64,000 bases of DNA from NCBI GenBank assembly GCA_016939365.1, contig JAFGHD010000112.1:162-64161 (forward strand), in the 5' to 3' direction. The notes beneath the pieces were generated by a model. The model saw only the letters and a list, made by a program, of their open reading frames with translations, searched no databases and was not told the DNA's origin. The stretch comes from Bacteroidales bacterium (GTDB lineage: Bacteria > Bacteroidota > Bacteroidia > Bacteroidales > JAFGHD01). Position numbers and translations under genes: made by a program. This document shows positions 47,889 through 54,973 of the stretch, piece after piece (positions within the stretch are counted from its first letter, which is position 1; the number at the start of each line of letters is the position of its first letter).

Positions 47889-48593
47889 TTATATCTCGAT
47901 GGGTTTGGTGATGGGCTTCCCCTTGATATTCTCGTTGATGATCTGCCCATCGAAAAGGTGGATGATGCGTCGGGCATAGTCAGCATCGCGTTGCGAATGT
48001 GTGACAATGACCAGGGTGGTGCCATTCTGGTTGAGACCTTCCAGCAGGTTCATCACCTCTTCGCCGTGCGCGGAATCAAGATTTCCGGTAGGCTCATCGG
48101 CCAGGATCAGCCTGGGCCTGGCCACAATAGCCCGTGCAACGGCGACACGCTGTTGTTGACCTCCTGAAAGCTGCAATGGAAAATGCTTCTTTCTGTGGGA
48201 AATCTGCATCTGTTCCAAAACCTCCTCGACACGGGTCTTTCTTTCTCCGGAATTCATACCGAGGTATATCAGGGGTAGTTCGACGTTCTCGAAAACATTC
48301 AGCTCATCGATCAGATTGAAATTCTGGAATACGAACCCGATGTTTTCCTTTCGCATCCTGGCCCGTTGCTTTTCACTGGTAGAGGAAACCTCCCTTTCCA
48401 GAAAATAGTATTGTCCGTCAGACGGATTATCGAGCAATCCGATGATATTGAGAAGGGTGGATTTACCACATCCGGAAGGTCCCATAATGGCAACAAATTC
48501 ACCCTCCTTCACTTCCAGGTTGACCTTGTTCAGGGCGGTGGTTTCGACTTCATCCGTCCTGAAGATCTTCGTCAGGTTTTTTGTCAGGATCAT
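47889..48593 (-). CDS. ABC transporter ATP-binding protein (MacB/LolD-type, stand-alone)
   Basis: 234 aa. Walker A is GPSGCGKST, the signature is [15 protein letters not shown], and Walker B is [11 protein letters not shown]. Confidence 0.9.
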   Translation of the reverse strand: MILTKNLTKIFRTDEVETTALNKVNLEVKEGEFVAIMGPSGCGKSTLLNIIGLLDNPSDGQYYFLEREVSSTSEKQRARMRKENIGFVFQNFNLIDELNVFENVELPLIYLGMNSGERKTRVEEVLEQMQISHRKKHFPLQLSGGQQQRVAVARAIVARPRLILADEPTGNLDSAHGEEVMNLLEGLNQNGTTLVIVTHSQRDADYARRIIHLFDGQIINENIKGKPITKPIEI

Positions 48594-48635
48594 AAATTCA
48601 CAGGTTGGGTTGTTTTGTTTCTTATCTGCTGTTGG

Positions 48636-49892
48636 CTATTTGAACACGAGCTTTTGCTTGCCCCCGAAGGTTTCATAGGAAGATATGATCACCCGTTCCC
48701 CGGGCTGGAGGCCTTCCTTCACTTCATAATACTGTGTGTTTTGTCTTCCGATGCGGATGGGCCGCTTTATGGCAAAAGTACCCGAAGCATCAAGTATGTA
48801 AACCCAGTTCCCTCCGGTCTCCTGAATAAATCCACCGCGTTTAATGACGATGGCATCGGTCGGACTGCTGAACTTAAGCCTTACCTGCAGGGTCTGGCCC
48901 CTCTTGATCAGTTCAGGCTCCTCCCCTTCAAAGAAAAGGTCGACCTGGAAGAAGCCGTTGGTGACATCGGTGTAGATCTTGTCGATGGCAAGATGATAGG
49001 TTGACCCTGCAAAATCCACCTCCGCCTTCTGCCCGATATGAACCCGCGAAATATACCTCTCATCAATATTGGCCTGCAGCTTGAAGCCATCCCTGAGATC
49101 GATCTGGCCCAGATGTTCACCGGCCGACTTGGTTTCACCGATCTCGGCGCTGAATGACGACAGTTGCCCTTCGATAGGTGCCCGTACATAGAGGTGTTCC
49201 AGGTTTTCACGAAGCAGGTCCAGATTGTTCTGCATCCTGTCGATGGTCATACCGATCTGTCGGCTACGCCGTATGGCGGAGATCGAATCAAGCTTCTTCA
49301 ACTCCAGTGAGATATGGAGTTGCTTTATCGAGAAATTGTATTCCCGCTCCGCATCTTCATATTCCTTATCCGATATCACCGCTTCGCCGTAAAGTTCCTT
49401 CTTTCTGCCAAAGTCGCGCTGTGCCTGGTCTATTTCATATTGAAGCTGGACAATTTCCTTCTGCCGGATAAACTTAGTCTGATCAAGGCCGATCAGGGTA
49501 TTCTGGAGGTTATTGATGGCTTCATAGATTCGGGTTTCCTGCTCCATCAGGCTCAGCTCCATGTTGGCATTGGAAAGTTTCAGGATGGTATCGCCCTTCA
49601 TCAGCCATTCACCGTCTTCCACGTAAACCCGCTCCACGATACCTCCCTGTACGGCATCAATATATACCGTGTTTTTGGGATAAACCACACCATCAACCGG
49701 GATGAACTCCTGAAATTTCTCGGCCTCCACCGTAGCGATGGTGATCTGGGCTGCATCCACATAAAGCCTGCTGCTTTTATCCCTGAATACAAGAAGGTAT
49801 AACAGGAAAAGAACAAATAATCCGATCGCTGAAATATTCAGAATTTTCCTTACAGTCCATTTCTTCTTTTCCAGCACCCTGTCCATTCCCAT
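48636..49892 (-). CDS. HlyD-family efflux periplasmic adaptor
   Basis: 418 aa. It has an N-terminal TM (ISAIGLFVLFLLYLLVF), a lipoyl-like motif (GGIVERVYVEDGEWLMKGDTILKL), a long coiled coil and a beta-barrel C-terminus. Confidence 0.85.
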   Translation of the reverse strand: MGMDRVLEKKKWTVRKILNISAIGLFVLFLLYLLVFRDKSSRLYVDAAQITIATVEAEKFQEFIPVDGVVYPKNTVYIDAVQGGIVERVYVEDGEWLMKGDTILKLSNANMELSLMEQETRIYEAINNLQNTLIGLDQTKFIRQKEIVQLQYEIDQAQRDFGRKKELYGEAVISDKEYEDAEREYNFSIKQLHISLELKKLDSISAIRRSRQIGMTIDRMQNNLDLLRENLEHLYVRAPIEGQLSSFSAEIGETKSAGEHLGQIDLRDGFKLQANIDERYISRVHIGQKAEVDFAGSTYHLAIDKIYTDVTNGFFQVDLFFEGEEPELIKRGQTLQVRLKFSSPTDAIVIKRGGFIQETGGNWVYILDASGTFAIKRPIRIGRQNTQYYEVKEGLQPGERVIISSYETFGGKQKLVFK

Positions 49893-49919
49893 ATATCAAG
49901 AGATTTTGCAGTGGTTTTT

Positions 49920-49934
49920 TCCAATATTGTGCCA
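49920..49934 (-). promoter_or_regulatory. Candidate sigma-54 promoter (weak -12 element)
   Basis: The minus strand reads TGGCAC-aatat-TGGA, about 30-40 nt upstream of the adaptor ATG (49892). The -24 element TGGCAC is perfect. At the -12 position TGGA replaces the consensus TTGC, so only the T and G are kept and the conserved C is lost. Confidence 0.3.
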
Positions 49935-50187
49935 CTATTTCTATTATCCTAACTGTCAAATGTATAACAAAAAACCGATGTCTATGTGCCGGTGCCTTTG
50001 TTCGCCATCGTGCATCCTTTGTACATAACTGGACAAGATCCTCCTGTTTTGCTGACCACAAAGCGGACGGATCGAGGCTTCAACAACTCCCGAGCCATGC
50101 ACAGCCGCTCCCTGCCAGTTGACCAGCAGGGTTCATGATGGATTTATTTCAAAAGCATTTTCATTGTTAATTGATTCACAAAAAATT

Positions 50188-50195
50188 TACTTTTG
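50188..50195 (+). promoter_or_regulatory. Bacteroidota -7 promoter box (TActTTTG)
   Basis: tacttttg lies 27 nt upstream of the ATG at 50222. Confidence 0.45.
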
Positions 50196-50221
50196 TCCGC
50201 TGATGAGAAACTTTCAGAGAT

Positions 50222-53200
50222 ATGCAAAGGATTACAAAACACCCGATACTTGAGGTACCCGACGCGGAGGATGTATGTTTTCTTTTTGAGGGCCGGGAGG
50301 TCAGGGGTAAAAAGGGATATACGATTGCAGCGGCTTTACATCAGTCGGGATTTCCTGTTCACAGTCACAGCCTTAAGAACCGAAACCGTAGCCTGGAATG
50401 CGGTATCGGCAAATGCGGTGCCTGCGAGATGCTGGTGGATGGTTTGGTCAGGAGGATCTGCATCACACAGGTAGATAATGTCAGGGAGGTTCGTGAAATA
50501 CCCAGGGATTACACCCCTGATCCGGTCAGGGTGGAGAAACACAAATCCCTGAATGTTTACAGGACGGTTGTGGCCATCATCGGTGCCGGTCCGGCGGGCC
50601 TGGCCGCCAGGGAAGAGCTGAACAGCCATGACATTCCCAACATCGTCATCGATAACAACGACCGCATCGGAGGCCAGTTCACCATGCAAACCCATCAGTT
50701 TTTCTTTTTTGAAAAACAGAAAAAATATGGTGGCATGCGTGGTTTTGAAATCGCTGCCAGCCTTGCAGGCAGCGACCATTCGGGGATATTCCTCAATTCT
50801 ACGGTATGGGATATCCTGGAAGGAAAAAGGATCGCCGTGAAGAATACCGTCACCTCGGAGATATTCTTCGTGGATGCGGAATGCCTGATTGTGGCCACCG
50901 GGGCTGTACCCTTCATGCCCTCCTTTGAGAACGATGACCTTCCCGGTGTTTATACCGCCGCTGTTGTGCAGAAGATGATGAATAACGAATTCACGCTCCT
51001 GGGTAAAAATGTTCTTACGGTTGGGGCCGGGAATATCGGATATCTGACATCCTACCAGCTCATGCAGGCCGGGGCATCCGTGAAGGCCATCGTCGAGGCC
51101 CTCCCCAGGGAGGGGGGATTCCCCGTCCAGGCAAACCGGCTGAAACGTCTGGGTGTCCCTTTTATACTCTCGCACCTGCTTGTGAAAGCCATACCGAACA
51201 AGGATCATACAGGGATCACCGGAGCTGTGATCGCCGAGTGCAGGGATTTTAAACCCATTCCAGGCACGGAAAAAGCAATCTCAGGCCTGGATGCCATTAA
51301 CATCTGTACCGGCCTGGTTTCCGATGACCAGTTGCTGGTCAAGGGGAACGAGATTTTCGGTCGTCTTTGCTGGGGTGCCGGCGACACAGTGAGGATCGGG
51401 GAGGGCACCAGCGCCGTGCTGAGGGGAAAACAGGTGGCTTTTGAAATCCTCACGGAACTGGGCGAACGAATTGATTATGACCGGTACCTTGAAGTCTCAA
51501 AAGAGTATATTGATTCACAACAACACCCCATAAGGGTGCTGGAATCCCCCCATCTCCCGACGGAGGAAAGGATGAATCAGAAACCCTTCGTGCTCATCGA
51601 TTGTCTTTACGGATTCGCCTGCAATCCCTGTGAGTTTGCATGTCCGCATCATGCGATTACCAAAACATCAACCAGTACCGTACCCCATATCGACTTCGAC
51701 CGGTGTGTCGGATGCATGGACTGTGTTTACCAGTGCCCCGGGCTGGCTATCTTCGGATACAACCTGAAAAAAGACTGGGTCTTCATCCCTGTGGAATACG
51801 ATGTGGAGGAGGGTGTTTATGTGTTCCTTACAGACAATCATGGAAAGAAACTGGGGCGGGGCCTCCTTGAAAAAATCCTGAGAAAGCCGAACAAGACCCA
51901 TATCGCCCGTGTGCGCTCCCTTGATCTGAAAGGCAGAGAGCTTATGGAGGCCCGGGGGTTCATCCCGGAGGAGCGTTTCCCGGAACCCTTGCGCTTTGAA
52001 GGTGCCGGCGAGGTGGAATCAGAGAGTTACATATGTCATTGTGATGATGTGAAGATGCAGGAGATACTGGAAGTGGTCGGCGACAGGACTTTCATATCCG
52101 TCGATGAAATCAAGCACACCACCCGGCTAGGCATGGGTGCCTGCCGGGGAAAACGCTGCATCCCCAGGCTAAAGCAATCCATTAGGTCATATGGGATTTC
52201 CGTCGTTGGCGAGCCCACACCCCGGGGACCGCTATCAAACCAGGTCAGTATGGGCGAGCTGTATCCCAGGGATGTCAGGGAAAACATCAGGATCAATTCA
52301 GGCAGGGATGCCGTTGAAGTGATCGATACGGCTGCACTGGTTGCCGGAGGTGGGATCGGTGGTTCCGCCCTGTTCAGGTATCTGGCGGAAGCAGGATTGA
52401 GACCCGTGCTGATCAATTCGGGAAGAGGGGCATCATGGCGGAACATTGCCGGCGGAAGACCGGCTTTCAGTCTGCCTGAGTTATCCGATATTGCATCACA
52501 CAACCTTGAAATATTCAAATCCCTTCATTCAGTCAGAAATATAGATTTCTATCCTTCGCGGTATGTCACCTTTGCCCATGATGAAGAGATGGTGAGGGCC
52601 CTTGAGGCTTCCACTGCCTGGTCGGATGCCTATATGGTAGAGCCCCGGGATTTTGTCAAGGAAATATCACCCCACCTGAATCCTTCCCTTTCGACCTACC
52701 TGGGTGCCCTGGTGACAAGGAACTGCTGGCAGGCTTCCCCCGGCAAGGTAATCGATCTGATTCGCCGGCTGGGTATGCAGCAAGGAGGGCAGGTTCTCGA
52801 AGACTGCAAGCTGATTGATGTCCGGAAAGAGGGAAATCACTATATTATTTTGCTGCAAAACCATGACAAACAGTTCATCCGTTTCAGGACGCCCGTCTTC
52901 ATTAACGCCATGGGGCCTGAAGGCTTCCGTTTTGCAGAAATGCTGGGCATTGAAACCGGCATGTATTCCGTAAGGCACCAGGCTTTTATTACTCGCAGGC
53001 TTCCCATGATGGGTCATGACGGAACACCCCTGCCGATGATCATAGACAGGCGCAGATACAAAGGATTTACAGCTGTTTACGGGCAGCAGCTGGCCGAAAC
53101 GGGACAGATCATCGGGTGTGCTTCACCTTCCGTGGATCCCCGGGAAACCGGCAAGAACCTGAAGGTTAATACACAGGATTTCATGGAAATTGCTTCGGAA

Positions 53201-53452
53201 GTATTCGTGAACTGGCTGCCTGAACTCGCATCCGTCGGTTTCCAGGCTGTGTGGGCCGGATATTACGTTGAGCCCAGAATGATCATTGATCCGGAAGCAG
53301 GCCTGTTCCTTGGCCTTCGGGGACAGGGTTTCATGCTGGGCCAGTACCTTGCCAGGCTTTATGTTGACCGGCTGACCGGGAAGGAGATACCCGCCTACTT
53401 CTCAAGATTATCGCTCAGCGGGGACGGCCTTCCCGAAAAGGCTTTCAAATGA
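50222..53452 (+). CDS. Multidomain iron-sulfur flavoprotein, a single-chain fusion. Domain order: [2Fe-2S], FAD/NAD(P) pyridine-nucleotide-disulfide oxidoreductase, 2x[4Fe-4S] ferredoxin, BFD-like [2Fe-2S], DAO-type FAD amine/amino-acid dehydrogenase.
   Basis: 1076 aa.
- aa 58-80: ECGIGKCGACEM...RIC (2Fe-2S, sarcosine-oxidase-alpha/HcnA-like).
- aa 117-125: AIIGAGPAG, and aa 265-272: LTVGAGNIG (two Rossmann motifs).
- aa 461-506: CLYGFACNPCEFACP and CVGCMDCVYQCP (dicluster ferredoxin).
- aa 605-646: CHC...CRGKRC (BFD-like).
- aa 705-713: LVAGGGIGG, opening a roughly 370-aa DAO-like domain. Confidence 0.8.
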   Translation: MQRITKHPILEVPDAEDVCFLFEGREVRGKKGYTIAAALHQSGFPVHSHSLKNRNRSLECGIGKCGACEMLVDGLVRRICITQVDNVREVREIPRDYTPDPVRVEKHKSLNVYRTVVAIIGAGPAGLAAREELNSHDIPNIVIDNNDRIGGQFTMQTHQFFFFEKQKKYGGMRGFEIAASLAGSDHSGIFLNSTVWDILEGKRIAVKNTVTSEIFFVDAECLIVATGAVPFMPSFENDDLPGVYTAAVVQKMMNNEFTLLGKNVLTVGAGNIGYLTSYQLMQAGASVKAIVEALPREGGFPVQANRLKRLGVPFILSHLLVKAIPNKDHTGITGAVIAECRDFKPIPGTEKAISGLDAINICTGLVSDDQLLVKGNEIFGRLCWGAGDTVRIGEGTSAVLRGKQVAFEILTELGERIDYDRYLEVSKEYIDSQQHPIRVLESPHLPTEERMNQKPFVLIDCLYGFACNPCEFACPHHAITKTSTSTVPHIDFDRCVGCMDCVYQCPGLAIFGYNLKKDWVFIPVEYDVEEGVYVFLTDNHGKKLGRGLLEKILRKPNKTHIARVRSLDLKGRELMEARGFIPEERFPEPLRFEGAGEVESESYICHCDDVKMQEILEVVGDRTFISVDEIKHTTRLGMGACRGKRCIPRLKQSIRSYGISVVGEPTPRGPLSNQVSMGELYPRDVRENIRINSGRDAVEVIDTAALVAGGGIGGSALFRYLAEAGLRPVLINSGRGASWRNIAGGRPAFSLPELSDIASHNLEIFKSLHSVRNIDFYPSRYVTFAHDEEMVRALEASTAWSDAYMVEPRDFVKEISPHLNPSLSTYLGALVTRNCWQASPGKVIDLIRRLGMQQGGQVLEDCKLIDVRKEGNHYIILLQNHDKQFIRFRTPVFINAMGPEGFRFAEMLGIETGMYSVRHQAFITRRLPMMGHDGTPLPMIIDRRRYKGFTAVYGQQLAETGQIIGCASPSVDPRETGKNLKVNTQDFMEIASEVFVNWLPELASVGFQAVWAGYYVEPRMIIDPEAGLFLGLRGQGFMLGQYLARLYVDRLTGKEIPAYFSRLSLSGDGLPEKAFK

Positions 53453-53466
53453 TCCCGGCAGAAAGG

Positions 53467-53790
53467 TTATTGTTTCGGCGCCCTCTGGTGCTGAAGGAAA
53501 TAATTCAGCAACAAGGCAACACCCCCGAATAGAAAGATCATTGAAAAATAAGCCGGCTCCTCATGCATGGCACCGGTGCTGAACAGAATATTCCCGCAAA
53601 TGGTACCGAGCCCGATGCCTGCCAGCAACAGGCCGTAGGTCAGCGACGGGCGGATATTACGCGAGGGGGCCAGGATGGAGGCATCCTGCCCTTTCTCGAT
53701 CAAAGCCATCCTTTCTTTCCGCCGGACCAGAAGGTGAATGACACCGTAAATGGTCGCCATGACTGTCAGTGTGATAAGAAAATCATCCAT
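53467..53790 (-). CDS. Small 3-TM membrane protein (resembles the DUF6249 family often found beside ECF sigma genes)
   Basis: 107 aa. An N-terminal TM is followed by RRKERMALIEKG and two further TMs. It is divergent from the ECF sigma gene and is preceded by an ECF-type promoter. Confidence 0.55.
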   Translation of the reverse strand: MDDFLITLTVMATIYGVIHLLVRRKERMALIEKGQDASILAPSRNIRPSLTYGLLLAGIGLGTICGNILFSTGAMHEEPAYFSMIFLFGGVALLLNYFLQHQRAPKQ

Positions 53791-53819
53791 AACTGCGTTA
53801 TTAATGTTGTCTGCAGATT

Positions 53820-53845
53820 AGACGCCTTCTCTGCATCCAGGTTAC
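53820..53845 (-). promoter_or_regulatory. ECF-type promoter (minus strand: TGTAACC-N15-CGTCT) for the small membrane protein
   Basis: Plus-strand ggttac at 53840-53845 gives the -35 element GTAACC. Plus-strand agacg at 53820-53824 gives the -10 element CGTCT. There are 16 nt between AAC and CGTC. The ATG is at 53790. Confidence 0.5.
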
Positions 53846-53861
53846 AAAAAGAAAATTCTTT

Positions 53862-53887
53862 GTAACCAATCACTTGTCTGATCGTCT
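53862..53887 (+). promoter_or_regulatory. ECF-type, probably autoregulatory, promoter (TGTAACC-N15-CGTCT) for the sigma/anti-sigma operon
   Basis: gtaacc lies at 53862-53867 and cgtct at 53883-53887, with 16 nt between AAC and CGTC. The ATG at 53896 is only 9 nt past the -10 element, so the mRNA would be near-leaderless. Confidence 0.5.
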
Positions 53888-53895
53888 TAAAAGAG

Positions 53896-54456
53896 ATGAA
53901 TTACTCCGGAGATGAGGAACTGGTGAGACAGGTCTGCAAAGGTGACCATCAATCCTTTGCACATCTGGTTGAAAGGCATGGGGCCATGATCCTGAACATT
54001 GCATGGAGGATCACAGGATCGCAGACGGAGGCGGAAGATGTAGCCCAGGAAGTTTTCATCAAGGCATTCATGGCAATAAAAAAATTCAAAGGCACTGCTT
54101 CCTTCAGCTCATGGCTATATCGTATCGCCTACAACACTTCCATATCCCATATCCGGAAAATGAAATCAATATTTATCATACCTGAAATGGTCACACCGGA
54201 TAGATGCCTCACCATACCTGCTTCTCTATGCGAACCAGATGAAAAATCCGAAAGGGATGAAGCGGTAAAAGCGGCGTTGGCCGGCCTCGGCCCGGAGGAC
54301 CGGGGGCTTATCACCATGTTTTATTACGGATCGTTATCAATTGAAAAAATCAGTGATATCACCGGCTTATCTGAATCCAACGTGAAAGTCAGGCTGTTCA
54401 GGGTGAGAAAAAAGCTTCATGATTCCCTAAAGTCCCTTATTTATGAAACCACATAG
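53896..54456 (+). CDS. RNA polymerase ECF-type sigma-70 factor
   Basis: 186 aa. Region 2 includes FAHLVERHGAMILNIAWRITGSQTEAEDVAQEVFIKAF and FSSWLYRIAYNTSI. Region 4 includes LGPEDRGLITMFYYGSLSIEKISDITGLSESNVKVRLFRVRKKL. Confidence 0.9.
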   Translation: MNYSGDEELVRQVCKGDHQSFAHLVERHGAMILNIAWRITGSQTEAEDVAQEVFIKAFMAIKKFKGTASFSSWLYRIAYNTSISHIRKMKSIFIIPEMVTPDRCLTIPASLCEPDEKSERDEAVKAALAGLGPEDRGLITMFYYGSLSIEKISDITGLSESNVKVRLFRVRKKLHDSLKSLIYETT

Positions 54457-54889
54457 CGACCACATCATGGATCAACCGCATGATAAAATCCAGGAAGACC
54501 GCATTTTAAGGGATTACTTCAAAGGCCCGGGTCAGATGCAATATCCGGAAGGATTTACCGTCAAGGTCATGCAAAACATTGAATCCCTGAGATCAAGGCA
54601 GGCATTCAGGCGACAGGTATTCTTCTGGGCGACAGCAATCCTCATATTCATCTCCCTGATCGTCCTTGTCCTGTTATGGATTCCCGGTCTGAAAACGCTT
54701 CTGGAAAATGACATCATACTGATTGTCACCGATGCAGTTGGCGACATTGTAAATATTCTGGGAAACATTTTCGCACTGAAGCAAATCTCGTCCACAACCT
54801 GGATCATCATCCTCTCAGCATCCGGACTGATCATTCTTGAGTCGCTGATCAACAGATGGCAGACGATTCGGAAGATGTTCCTCCTGTGA
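54443..54889 (+). CDS. Membrane protein co-transcribed with the ECF sigma (candidate anti-sigma factor)
   Basis: 148 aa. Its start overlaps the sigma gene by 14 nt. A cytoplasmic N-terminus precedes 2-3 TM segments (VFFWATAILIFISLIVLVLLWI; WIIILSASGLIILESLI). I see no zinc-finger HxxxCxxC motif, so the anti-sigma role is inferred from position only. Confidence 0.5.
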   Translation: MKPHSDHIMDQPHDKIQEDRILRDYFKGPGQMQYPEGFTVKVMQNIESLRSRQAFRRQVFFWATAILIFISLIVLVLLWIPGLKTLLENDIILIVTDAVGDIVNILGNIFALKQISSTTWIIILSASGLIILESLINRWQTIRKMFLL

Positions 54890-54913
54890 GATTCCTGAAA
54901 ACTTCACAAATAA

Positions 54914-54955
54914 AAACCCCGGCATCTGTACTGTGTGTGCCGGGGTTTGCTTTTT
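54914..54955. terminator. Bidirectional terminator hairpin between convergent genes
   Basis: aaaccccggca (54914-54924) pairs with tgccggggttt (54938-54948) in an 11-bp perfect stem. An A-run lies upstream and gcttttt downstream. Confidence 0.65.
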
Positions 54956-54973
54956 CCCTCAGAAGGAGCTACG

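Noticed and set aside
47849-48025. The upstream extension of the small ORF 47588-48025 into the ABC ATPase gene
   Set aside because: The extension overlaps the 3' end of a confidently called ATPase in another frame and is Ser/Pro/Arg-rich. It was trimmed to the internal Met at 47848.
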